From the human T2T-CHM13v2.0 reference genome, Homo sapiens: 64,000 nt of DNA. Below the pieces are notes generated by a model, which was given only the letters and a program-made list of their open reading frames with translations, searched no databases and had not been told where the DNA came from. Position 1 is the first letter of the stretch. Each line of letters begins with the position of its first letter. A program made the translations under genes and the position numbers. Positions 1-13,625 of the stretch are shown here, one piece after another. The stretch is from NCBI RefSeq assembly GCF_009914755.1, contig NC_060927.1; one strand, given 5' to 3'.

Positions 1-1039
1 CTGGCTGTCTCAAGCATCTGTCACCAAATCTGTTATTTCCTTGCTATTGGGAATACATCTTTTTGTAGTTTATGGCATTCAAATTGAGGTGGCACAGAGA
101 AAAACCCCCGAAGTTGCGGATGAATTATGTTTTAATTTGAAAACTTCTCCTTTTCTTCCATACAAATAGCCTCCAGCAGAGTCCTTGGCTAGGAAACCAG
201 AATGTGTCAGCATGATTTCTATTTGGCTGCTGTTTTGAGGGGTCAGACTATTTTCCCCATTTTCCCCTGACCCATCTACCTGATCTTAACTGTGCTCTAA
301 ACAGCAGAATATTGGATGCTCCTTTCAGTAGTATGATGTGCTATCAGGTCCGAGAGAAACAGACTTGGCTCAGCATCTTACCATCTCTTGTTTAAGATTT
401 CACATTATTCAGCGGCAATACTTCATACTTAAATATTTCATAGTTTATAGTTTGGAGTTGTGAATACTTTCCTGTTTCAACGGCTATTTTTTTTCTATTT
501 TTCAGTGTTTTTCTTAGTTTTAGTTTGTTTTCAGGGAGTCTAGTAGAATAAAACTATTTTATCCTGCTGTCTTAAGCAGAAGCTCCACATGATCTGTAGA
601 ATAGGCTTAAAAATATATGTTGTGGTTTTAGAAGTGAGTTTACATTGAAGATATAGTTTACTTGTGGGAGAATTGGCTTTTGAATCTTGTCATCCTGTCT
701 CATAGCAGCTCTCCTTATTGTTTGTGGTGTCTTTTTGGTCCTTTACTAAAGTTAAAATTTTTCTTCTCAGATATCTTGTACATTTATTATTTAATGTTAT
801 TCTAATTATGTTAGATTTTTAAGATGCTATTATGAATAAAACTGTTTTCCATTACATGTTCTCATTAATTGTTGCTGAAGTCCTGGAAAGCTACTGACTT
901 TTGTCTGTCAATCATCTGTCTAGCCAGATTTCCGATTTCTCTAATATTTTGCCATTTAAGTCTCTTGTATTTTCTAAGTAGACAATCATATCCGCTCATC
1001 TATTAAGTATTTTATTTTGATTTTCCCAGTTTTAAATTT

Positions 1040-2042
1040 TTTAATATTTTTATAGATTTAGGGGGTACAGGGGCAGATTTATTACATGTGTATATTGCAT
1101 AGCTGTGAAGCCTGGGCTTTTAGTGTATCCATCACCCAAATGGTGAACATTGTACCTAATAGGTAATTTTTCAGCCTCATTACCTTCCACCCTTCCACCT
1201 TTTGGAGTCTCTAATGTTTATTACTCCACTCTTTATGTCCACGTGTACCCATTATTTAGCTCCCATTTATAAGTGAGAATAAACAGAAGTGCAAAGCACT
1301 GGGGAATGAGATAATCTCCTGAGACTTCTACTTCCCCATCTCTGCAGGAGACAGTGAGCCTGACAACATGCAGAGTACACCACTACTAAAACCTACAAAC
1401 AAGCAGCATTTGAGCAAGCCACTACACTAAGGCTATCTATAACCAAGGAATTCATACGGAGCCTTAGCCCCCACCCCAAGATCACAAATTAGCAAAGCCA
1501 AATGACCCTACCCAACATATGCAACAGTCACACTTTCAAGGGGAAAAATAAAGTCCCATTAAAATGAATGTAAATTCAAAAATAAGAAGTGACAGTTTCT
1601 CCAGATGAGAAGGAACCAACCAATTCTGTCACCATGAAAAAACAGTGTTGTAACACCCCTCAAGGATCACACTAGCTCTCTAGTGATGGATCTTATCCAA
1701 AATGAAAATTCTAAAATGACAGATAAAGAATTCAAAATATGGATCATAAGGGAGTTCAACGAGATCCAAGGGGAAGTTGAAAACCAATACAAAGAAATCT
1801 GAAAAACAATTCAAGATATGAATGAAAAATTTACTAGAGATAGATATTTAAAGAAAGCACAAAACTCTGGAAATGAAAAATTTACAGATGGAATTACAAA
1901 ATACAGTTGAAAGCTTTAACAATAGATTAGACAAAGCAGAAAAATTTCAAAGCTTGACTACATATCTTTTAAATTAACCCATTCAGACAAAAATAAAGCA
2001 AAAAGAATGTAAAAACTGAACAAAGGCTTTGATAAATATGGA
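1040..2042. mobile_element. Inverted LINE-1 insertion (L1PB/L1MA type): minus-strand 3' end (about 1040-1280) fused to plus-strand 5'UTR/ORF1 (about 1281-2042)
   Basis: 3'-end motifs (gggggtaca...tagctcccatttataagtgagaa) directly abut ORF1-like sequence ending gataaatatgg. Degenerate flanking direct repeat gattttcc...tttt(a/g)aattt. Confidence 0.75.
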
Positions 2043-4522
2043 TTTTCCTATTTTGAATTTCTATGATTTATATTTCAAATTTCAGCTTATCCCTGTTTTG
2101 TAGATATAATAGCCATTTATATACACCTTAGTAAGTATATATGCTTTGGGCTTTAGTTTTCTATAATGTTGTTTCCCCTTAAAGTTGATCTTATTTGCTT
2201 TTATAATCTATAGCTTTAGCGTAACTGACATCTAAAATCTCAACAGGTTTTTATTTTTTAAAGGTGAGAATAGATATGTATACTAAAGTTGCCATCTTGA
2301 TGAAATGAGAAAACCAACTTAAAGAGGTTGACTGACTTGCTCATTGGTATAAAACTAGTAAATAATAAAGTCAGAATCCAGACTGCCAACCCAACCTTTA
2401 CTTCTCCATGGAGAAGTAAAACACATACTTTCCACATCTGAGGTTATGTTCTAAGATTAAAGTTTTTCCATGAAAACTTGTATTAGAATTACTAATGAAA
2501 AGAAAGCCAACTGCATACATGCATATATTTTTCTACTTTTCCTAACTTTTTCTTATAAGTTATGCTAATGAAAAGGCTAAAAGTGAACAGCTATAAGAAC
2601 AATAAACAATATCTGAAAATTTAAATAGTCAACTGTTACATAAGTAAGAATTAACTCTGCCAAGAAGTTTTTCTGAGTTCCATAAAAAGCAAAGTAGGCG
2701 GGTGAGAATGGGAATGGGGGGTAAAAATGAAAAAGGATAAACCTCAAAACACATTAGGGTAAGAATTTAATTTAATGGCCCAAAATATAGCATGCTCACC
2801 TTAATGTCATTAGATCAAATTTGACCATTTAACTGCCATTCTGAAAATAAGCCATTTGGCACAGACTTTAGAATTTGACTTTCATATATCCAATTTGAAT
2901 TAATTGCCTTTAGAAAAAACAGATGAAACTACATCATGATTCTGATATTGCAGGATAATGCCAGGAAGAGGGGAGTCTAAATTCTATGTGAGTTATTTCA
3001 TCTAATAATTTAGTGGGCATTCACTCTAACTTTTGAAATGAGAAACTCTTGCTGTGAATCCATGAAGAACTTCTAAATGGTGAAAGAATTTCCTCCTTTT
3101 TCCTTCAATACTGCCTGCCATTCTGGCAACGGGAAAAGTGATATATTTGAGGACCCCTGGGGCAGGAAAATTGATAAGAGCTCCTGACTTCTTTCCCATA
3201 AACAACCAATATTTTAAAGCTATTAACAAGGGAGCTAGGCATTCAAAGACAGTTCATTTATCTTCCAGTAGCTGGCAAGGGTGTCAGGCCCTGCAGTCAG
3301 GCACAGAAAAATGGGCCCTGAATTCACCCTCTATTGCTGAACAGCTGCTCTTTCCCAAGGTTTTAATCAGATTCCCTAAGCATCCCATGCCCCAGTAAGG
3401 CAGAGCCCACATAAAACTGGCAATAAGCCTGTCTTGTAAATTCATTACAAAGCTCAAGTAATATGAGCAGCTTATATTCTCCAGGCCAAGAGAGAGCTTT
3501 TAATTTAGACCAAAATTATTATTGCATATTGATTTGGCCCCTTGTTCTCTGGAAAGTTTTTTCTTAGAAAAAATCCAGACTTGGTCACCTGAAATAAAAG
3601 ACATTTTCTTGGTTGTTCAGAATGAGAAGTCAGGTTTAAGTGTATTAGAAAGAAAATATGTCTTTGGATGAAAAATTCTTAATTCAGAGCCCCAAAACTA
3701 TTTATTGAGTTTTGTCTTTTTGTTTAGCTGCACCTACCCTCCACCCCCTGAAGTGAGAGCCATAGCTTCCTTTAACTCTTGACTTCTGACCCAAAAGCTT
3801 AGTATGCAGTATTTTAGATTATGTTATTAGAAGCGAGTGTGGCAACCTTTGGAAATCTTTCCTTGCATGAGGCAGAAGTCAAGATTGGTTCTTCTCATAG
3901 ACAGCCTGATGCCTAGCTATCAACTACTATCTGTTAGTAGGCACTAGCATGGGCATTCATGCCTCTGGTTACAACAGAGGGAATGAGAGGGAATCACTAT
4001 CAACCCCTGACCAGATATTAAAGGACATTAGAGACAAATGACACTGATGCATCATGACAAAAGTATACTGTATCAATTAGAAAAAGGATTGGGTAGTCAT
4101 AAAAGAATCACAGAATCAAACACTGCTAGTCTTCTTCCCAGCTTTGTGTAGTACTGAGAGGGCCAAATTTTATCATCTTACTAAAAGTGAGCAGTTTTTA
4201 ATTATCCTGAATGTTGGTATGGATTTAGGAGGTCATTACCAAGCACTTCAAAATTTCAAAGACCCATTGGATAAACAACAGCTTTTGTGTGAAGGATGAG
4301 GATAAACATTTGACAACCTTCATCTGTCCCTGTGTTTACCATACAACCCTCTGATATTATTTGCTTTCATATGCAGGCCTGCCTATGGGAAAGGCTGCTT
4401 TTATCATATGGTGTTTGGGGTGCTTGAAATCCCGATGACAGTAATTTTCTGTGGTGAATTAATAAAGTGGATGCTGATTATAATTCATCTTCTTAAGTAC
4501 CTTGACGATAGAAAGAAAATGA

Positions 4523-4877
<355 letters not shown>

Positions 4878-5135
4878 TTGTAATTTCTTAGTTTATTATG
4901 TTAGCACCTTGGTTCCACTTCTGCCTCATGTGTACTGTATTTAGTGCAAGTCATTCTCTTAGAACATGGCTGGCTATATTGGGCCCAGACTAGAAACCAT
5001 CACTGGGCACTCTAAACTAGAGAGATAACATTTCAAACAAGGGGATAAAATGAATGAGGAGCTACTATGACTGAGTGATGATATATAGCAGAAGACAGAA
5101 CTACCTCCTCCAACTTTCTCTCAAAACTGGTTTTA

Positions 5136-5459
<324 letters not shown>

Positions 5460-5945
5460 TCAAAGTCATCTGTGCACATAAAGAAAGATTTTTAGAGCAT
5501 CTCCATTACACAGCATAACAACAGCTGACATGGCAGAAAATGTCCCTTGTGTACCACCCACAGAGATAACTTCTCCCCAGAAACTGGAGAGAACTGAACA
5601 GGTGGATTCCTAGGTGGGTTGTAAATCTGACAATATGAGAACACGAGGATGTCAGAACAGAGTAAGAGAAACTAGGAAGACAAAGTGAAAGATGAAGGAG
5701 AGCTTCCAGAGAGAACATGACATGTCCACAATTGGAAACACCAAAGCCACAAAGAAGAGAGCCTAAAATTCTGGAGAGAAAAATGGAGGGGCCCCATGGA
5801 AGATACTTTACCAGTTTCCTAATAAATAGGTATTTTTTGCACAGTCTGAAATTGTTAAGGGCTACCTACAGTGTCATAGCAGATATAAATTGATTTCAGC
5901 ATTTCCTTACCAAATTAAAAAGAATTATCTGTTGTCACAGTCTTT

Positions 5946-6249
<304 letters not shown>

Positions 6250-6419
6250 TGTTGTCGCAGTCTTTTGCATCATTTTGAGAAGAATTCTGGTGAAGGTAGC
6301 TATTGGAGTGAAAATTGCATTGCTCTAATAAACAGGTCTTTTGCTGTGTCTCCACTTTTCCCCCACTTTCTCTATACACATTATTTCTCCCTCTATGACC
6401 TTTCAGTGTCCCGTCTTTG

Positions 6420-8260
6420 AATATTGTAGTGGATTATGAGTAATTGTTTCTAACTTATTTTGCCCGCCACTCCCATTAACTATCATCACTATTATTGTCA
6501 TAGTCATGCCTTATTAGATTTATGAATGTTTCTACCAATTTCTCTGCTCAATTCTCCTTGTTTCTCCCTTATTCTGAGTTTAGTTTCCTATTTCTACTCA
6601 ATAATATTCTTCAGAAGTTCTATCATTGATGAGTGATGAAGTACCTGAAAATGTATTTAATCTTATTCTTAAATGACATTTTAGTTGAATTTAGAACCTG
6701 GGCTGTCAATGAATTTCCTGCAATACTTTGAACCTATTATTCCTCTATCCTCTAGCAGCTAAGCAGCTATTGTTGCCAATGAGAAAACTATTGCCATCCA
6801 AATTGTAAGTAAGTGTAAGTAATCCTTATTGGAAATAAACCATCTCTCCTCTCTGGTTGCTTTTAAAATTTCTTCTTTCTCTTTGATGATCTCACATTTC
6901 ACAACAATAATCAATCAAATATTTTCTTTGTCTTGCTTCCTCAAATATCTTATAAAGCTGTTCCCCTCCTCTAGGTGGAGGCTTAACACTTGAGGCCTGG
7001 AGCTGCCTGATTCACAAATCTCTGTTGCTCAAATAGACTCTTTAAAATTAAAAACACAACAAAATAAACCTAAAACCTGCAATGTATTTGAATGTGAATT
7101 AGTGTTAATTTATCCAGCTCTAGACATAATGTGATGCTTCAATTTATCTCTTTAATTTTGGAAAATTATCAACCATTATCCCTTCAAAATATTGCCACAA
7201 TTCAATTCTCTTTAGTTTCTCCTTTTGAAATTTTTATTGATGAATTCTGGATTTTTAAAAAGTGCTATCCTCCATATCTCTTAACTAGCCTTTCATATTT
7301 TTTATCTGTACTACATGCTGGGCCATTTGCCAACTTTATATTCTGTTTCATCGCTGGGTTTAATATGACATTTATGTCATTCCCTTTAGTTTTTAATGTC
7401 AATATTTGCACTTTTCATTTTGAAAAGTTCTTTTTTTCCTATTATACCATTCTTTTCTAATTTTTCCCCACTCCACTGTTTACCTCTTTAGTCTCTTTAG
7501 TGTGCTCATTTGATAATCTTTCTCATATTTTTGTAATTTTTGTTTAGTTCCTTAGGGTGCTTGTCCTTCTGATTTACTTTTGTTTTGCTTATCTCCTTTC
7601 TTTCCTTCCTTTGCTCAACATGGTGGAGTTATTCTTCTTGCGGCCTGTACATTTTTTATTGTGAGCTCATTTTCAGAAAAGATTCTGTTTTTTAAGTGGG
7701 ATTTCTATGTACCTGGGATGTGAAAGTATCACCTCAGGGCAGTTTCAGTGTATTTGGAAATAGGAAGAGGGGATACGGCTGTGACAGTTGTTTCAATAGT
7801 CCTGAAAACTCTCCATGTTAATTTATTGGCTTACATTTCCTGTATCACAACTGCCCAGGCTAGGGATTTTGATTTCTCAAATTCCAGATAGATGGCAAGT
7901 TTCGTTGCTATTTCTTAAGGCTGCTCTACACAGTCTATGTGACTGAAGGAACACTTTGAAATTGCAGGCCCTATTCAAAGAGCTTTGCTCAAGTTGTATT
8001 ACCATGAGTGAACCTTTAGACAGGGTTCTGATTTCCACATGGAAATGGGATTCCAGCTCCAAAACCTCTGGGCAGTATATGCCATATAAAATCACATGGC
8101 CACTGACAGTGGCAGCTTCCCACTCTTGCTGTGATTTTTCTCTTGTTTCTCACACTTGGAGAATTTCCTTTTCTCTCCTTCAAAATCAACTCTACATTTA
8201 GTAATGTTCGCTTTTTAAAATAAAGCCTTTCTTTGAGTTTTTAGTGCATAGGACCTATCA
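6420..8260 (-). mobile_element. Highly diverged L1ME-type fragments
   Basis: T-rich, with motifs such as ttctctctggttgcttttaaaattttc and ttggaaaattatcaaccattat. Boundaries approximate. Confidence 0.55.
6910..7050 (+). mobile_element. ERV1 LTR 3' fragment (MER57-like) within an L1ME
   Basis: caatcaaatattttctttgtcttgcttcc...tataaagc...gctgcctgattcacaaatc...gctcaaatagactctttaaaatt. Confidence 0.5.
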
Positions 8261-8319
8261 TTTTAATCCACCATGTTCTGAACATTCTAGGATCATGAAA
8301 TATGGTTGTTATTATTCTT

Positions 8320-8795
8320 ACTTGTCCTCCAACCACTTTCTTCCAATAATGGATTCCATGTCACTGGTCACAGGGATGGGAATGTGACTCAGATCTGACC
8401 AGTGACCTTGTTTAATTCCCTTCGAGTATTATGTGATTGGCTTATGGGTGATCTTCTGATACAAGCAGAGGCAAACAGAGTCTTTGTGACTGATATGCAA
8501 ATATTGGGAGAATGAAATGTTATTTTGAGCTAAAAAAAAAAAAAGTAAGCCTGGAGATGCCATTAGTCACCTTCTCCTGCTTTCTAGAGTAAGCTATCTA
8601 TCTGCACCATGAAAGAATGAGGCTAGCACTCAGAGACAATCGGGGCCAAGAGAGAAAAAGAACAGATAGACAGCCATGTTTGAAGTCTTAAGCCTGGCAT
8701 GTCCAGAGTCAGCTCAATCCCTGTTAAACAGGCCAGTGGACAAATTTTGCTGAAGCTAATTTGAATTGGGTTTCTATCACTTTCATCACTTGCAT
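8320..8795 (+). mobile_element. Old MLT1 (K/L-like) LTR
   Basis: atgtgactcagatctgaccag...aagctaatttgaattgggtttctatcactt. Confidence 0.55.
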
Positions 8796-10787
8796 CTGAC
8801 TTATATACCAATAAATTAAAGTACATTGGAACTGAGATAAGAAACCATCCACATGGATTTCTTTTATTTATTTTTGGTAGGCCAATTTGTCACGCATGAC
8901 TTGACACGAGCAAAGCAAGTTCTAAGTTACGGGGTTGAGTTCTGGAGACGCTGCCAGTGAATGTCAGATCTCATCCGTGAGACAAAAGACAGAGTCACAG
9001 AATATAATCAAGGTCAAGTCCCAGTAATCTGAACAGGGACATTAAGAGGTAGGGTAGGGGAGATGCCAGAGTCAGGAACCAGGGAACAGGAATGAGAGAA
9101 AAACAAACAAGACAGCAGCAGCAGGCAGGGGTGTGGGCAGCACACCGAGCACACAACTTAAAGCTGGAATTCAGCTGAGCACTGCTTCCCAGCCTCTGTT
9201 TAAAGATCCCAGGGTGGCCTTGCCATTCCTGCCATGTGATGCCACCTGGTGTCTGAAAAATGAAGTCAGCATGAAATTGACTCCCAAGACAAGGAGTCCT
9301 TAAGCAAAAACAGCCATAACTTTTTTTTTTTTTAATTATGTATCACCCCAGTATCTAGACAGGCATCAAAATAAATGAGTTTCATGCTGATTATCAGTTT
9401 TCAAGGCAAATATCAAAGTGAATTACCTTCAGAAAGATGTGTCAAGATATAAGAAACTTGTTCTTAAGTTAAGCAGATTCATGAGAAATATACCTCTGGT
9501 TGTGATAACAGTTTCAGTTAATTCTGATCAAAAGGGGACAGCTTCTTATCACCTCTGTGTTTACAACTATGGGTCAAATTGGAGGAGCACTAATGAGGGT
9601 TTCTAACAAGGCTTTTCAAATAGTTGGAAGAAGCAGAATGAACATGAAATATCTATCTCTGGAAGAGGTTTTAATGATTAGTATTATAAAACGTCTCCCC
9701 ATCTGCTTCTGAAGGGGTCTATGAACTCATTCATTCAGTAGTTATTGGAGAACCTACCAAATAATTGCCTATGTGTTGTGAGGGATGGAGAAAATTTGCC
9801 TTTAAGGAACTCGAAATCTACTTCAAGATGACGTTACCAAGAGAAAAAATGGAATTATTTTAGGAATATATTTTTATAACCAAACCCTATACATGTAAGC
9901 TATTTTCTGAAATGGTTTCTAGGGTGAGGTTTTGTTACGCATATTAAATCCCTTTATAGATATTGTTTGCCTACTTCAGTGAGGAGTTATTGAGGGCCGA
10001 GATGAGTGGCTATGCCCATCCAGTCTTTGTCACCAACACTTGGCATAATGTCTGGCACATACTGATCCTCAGTACATTTCTCTTGAACGGTTGGATGATA
10101 GTTCAAGGTTCCCCTCAGTTCCACGGTTGCTTGAGTCTTATAGCCATCCAATTACCTTCCATATTAAATTTCCCTCAAGATACATGGGCGGTAAGAAATG
10201 TAGTCTTTCAAAATGCCACTCAAAGTGCCAAGCGTTCACTGGTATCACACTTTAAATGACATTATCTAGCAAGAACTTCTCTGCAGCATAACAGTCTCAT
10301 TTAAAAAGACAAAATTGGTGCTCCATTTCTTCATCTTTTTAAATAATTGATGACATCGAATTTCCTTATAAGCATTTACTTAACAGGGAATAAAGACATC
10401 TAGTATGTATTTATTGTCATCCAAGAGTCAGCTGTTTAATGAGATACTTATTTTATCTCTAAGAAAACCTGGAGGCATTTGCACACTGTGGAATTATTTT
10501 ATGAGTAGGTTTCAGTACAACAATAGCAGTATTTCTGTTTTGCAGATAAATGGCCCAAAACAGCCAACATCCTCTTTCTCTTCTATCATGGGTAGCAAAA
10601 GAATTTCAGACTTCTACCTCTGTGCAATCTGCACTTAAATGAACATTGCCAATTATTAAGTATGTTAATGGGGATTTTTGGGACCAGAGTCTATCATAAG
10701 TAGTTTGCTCTATTTTGGTAAATATATGCAAGCCAAAAGAAAAAAATAAAAATCACTTGTGATTCCACATAACACTTCTGACTCCAT

Positions 10788-10927
10788 GTAATTTATATAT
10801 AAATAATACAAATGTTATATGTTATTTATATATACAGGTATAATAAAATATATAAAATTTAATAATATATAATTATATTCATATATAATACATATAATGT
10901 ATGTTAGTATATATAATATATAATTTT
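10788..10927. repeat. AT-rich low-complexity (TA-like) tract
   Basis: Direct reading. Confidence 0.8.
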
Positions 10928-10959
10928 AGGTGCATTTGCACATATAAATTTGGCTGTGA

Positions 10960-12010
10960 ATTTTTAACCAAGCTAGATCTTATTATATATTAAATTTTCT
11001 TATTTGATAGTTATTAAATATAAATATTATATATTAAATTTCCTGTTTACTTAAAAATGTATTGTGAATATCTTTTCCCATCAATATATTTTTTCTTTAT
11101 TATTTTTTAAATGACTTCATAGGGTTCCATGATATTAATATGCTATAATTCACTCAACCAACTAGTAACCATTGTGCACAACTTCTTGCTCAAATCAATG
11201 CATTCATCTCCATGGAGAGACTATTGCACATGCCCATAATTACTTCTTAGAATAAATTTCTAGAAACAAAATTGCTGGATCAAATGATTCACAAAATCTA
11301 ATGGCTCAGTAAACACTGCCTTTGTAAAAGTTTTATCACTTTCCTTTTTCACCAATCATATAGGAGGGTTCTCAATTCCCAAACCCTGACTTACTCCAAG
11401 TATGATTATTCTTTTTTGAGTCCTGAAGATTTAAATATTTGCCAGGTAAAAATAATACTCCATTGTTGGTTTAATTTGCTTTACTTCATTATTAGTAAAG
11501 CTGATCTTATTTAGTATAGCTGTTGTCCATTTATGTTTCTTCTTTTGTTTATTAACTATTTATATCATTTGTCCATTTTTCTATTATGCTTACCTTTTAT
11601 TATTGGTCTTTGATGATAGGAGTAACAGCAACAGCTAACATTTAATGTGTATTGAGCATGACCCACCAGGCCCTGATTTAGGTGTTTTATGTTTAATCCC
11701 ATCCTGTGAGGTAAGTGCTATTACTGTCTATTTTACAAATGAGTCTGCCAAGGCGCAGGGGGATTGAGTAACTTGCCCAAGGTAACGTAAATAATGAATT
11801 AGGTATAGTGATGAGATTAACAATTTATCATGTATATTACAAAGACTATTAACTGATCAACACGTGTGTTGAAAATGCTTCCCTTGGTTTATCATTCGTC
11901 ATTTAATTTTTTTGTAGTGGGTTTTTGCCTGCTAGGATTGCTTGACTCTATTGCCATCAAACAAATGGGCTTTTATTTTATAGTTTCTGCTTTTGATATC
12001 TTGATCACCT
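10960..12010 (-). mobile_element. Old L1M fragment with a nested MIR (about 11640-11790)
   Basis: aaattgctggatcaaa, cattgttggtttaatttgc. MIR core ttttacaaatgag...gtaacttgcccaagg. Confidence 0.55.
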
Positions 12011-12808
12011 GAAGAAGAATACATAAGTAAATATAATTCAAACACATTAAAAACATTCAGACTGCATAGAAGAGTATAAAATAAAGAGTTAAATTATTTT
12101 TCATCCTTTGCCTATATCGTGATCCTACACAGCAAAGGTATCTGATTTTAACCATTTATGTCTTTATTTTTTCTGACTGTTATTCTATGACTCCTAAGAA
12201 TACGCATATATTTTCATTTCTTGACTTAGCAACTCCACATAGCATCTGTTCGTTTCCTAGTATGCCAGATGCAGAATTTTAGTTAGCTTCTTCCTTCCTT
12301 TTTTTCTTCTTTTTTCTGCTTAACTTCCACAAGTAATATCAGTTTTGGTTGTGAGCACCTTTATAACTTTAAGTAACATATTAATACTTCAACCTCTATT
12401 TTTTGATTTATCAACTTTAGACAGTATGTCTTAACTAAGTGATTCATTCCTAATAGAGGAAATCACGTGTAAAAATGGTTATTCTCTAAGTTTCCTGGAT
12501 CATAAAATGCCATATTTATGAAGAAATGTTCACTAGAAGCAGATTTATCTTTAGTAATTTTAATAAAACCAGAGAGATCTCTGTAAGTAGAATGAAAGAT
12601 ATTGATATAAATAAGGGTAGAAATTATATTTATATTTATATAGCATAGGCTCTGTAGATTACAGGGCCTTTACAACCATATTTACTTTATTTATTACTCA
12701 GAATAGTTTTGTAATGTATATAGAACAACTATTCTCACATTTTCTAGATCAAGAAATTAGCATAGGGAGTTTATGGCCATACAAAATCACTGTAGTGGTC
12801 ATCTAGGT

Positions 12809-13132
12809 CAGCAGTCCCCAGACTTTTCGGCACCAGGGAACTGTTTCGTGGAAGGCGATTTTTCCACGGATTGGGGGAGGGGATGGCTTCGGGATGAAAG
12901 GCATTCCTCAGGCATTAGACGCTCATAGGGAGTGCGCAACCTAGATCCCTCACATGCGCAGTTCACAATAGGGTTTGCGCTGCTAGGAGAATCTAATGCC
13001 GCCGCTGATCTCACAGAGGCGGAGCTCAGGCAGTACTGCTCACTGGCCCATTGCTCACCTCCTGCTGTGTGGCCCAGTTCCTAACAGGCCACAGACCAGT
13101 GCCGGTCCACAGCCTGGGGGTTGAGGACCCCG
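12809..13132 (-). mobile_element. MER1B hAT-Charlie MITE
   Basis: TIR-like ends cagcagtcccca...gaggaccccg. Perfect 8-bp TSD ATCTAGGT at 12801-12808 and 13133-13140. Confidence 0.92.
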
Positions 13133-13140
13133 ATCTAGGT

Positions 13141-13625
13141 TTTGTTTTGTTGTGTTTCTATCCAGCATCCACTTTTCCATTATCATGGCAGTATTACCTG
13201 AGCAATAATTCTACCTTGCTCCAGTCTCAGCTCATGTGCTTCCAATGAAGCTGATTATATACCCTTGAACTCACGGAGCAGGTGACTTAGACCCGAACCA
13301 ATACATGCTGTACCTTTTACTGACCATAGTGATTATTCCAAGATAAACTGCATCAGAATCTATGAAAGTTACTAAAATTTAGTCTGGGAATGGTGGAACA
13401 AAAATTCTTCGTCAAATCTCCCGAAGAGACAGCCCTGGGAAATGCTGGCAGCCATCTTGCAACCAGAAGAGGGCGCTAACCATGAAGTTGAGCGAAGAAA
13501 GATTCCTGTTCATTTCACTGGATCCTTGACTAAGCCATTTCTATTACCGGTGTTCAGTTACATCAGCTAATACAGATTCTCTTTTTGTTGACCTCAGTTT
13601 AGGTTGGTTTCCTGTCAACTGTAGT
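13141..13625 (+). mobile_element. Old MLT1 (K/L-like) LTR
   Basis: gctggcagccatcttgcaacc...ttcagttacatcagctaata...cagtttaggttggtttcctgtca. Confidence 0.6.
13451..13478 (+). promoter_or_regulatory. Candidate adjacent YY1 (GCCATCTT) and CTCF (CCAGAAGAGGGCGCT) motifs
   Basis: Motif match by eye only. One mismatch to the CCASYAGRKGGCRS core. Confidence 0.45.

Noticed and set aside
12808-13014. Similar ORFs at 12808-13014 and 40369-40770 suggesting a paralogous gene pair
   Set aside because: Both are translations of MER1B MITE copies.
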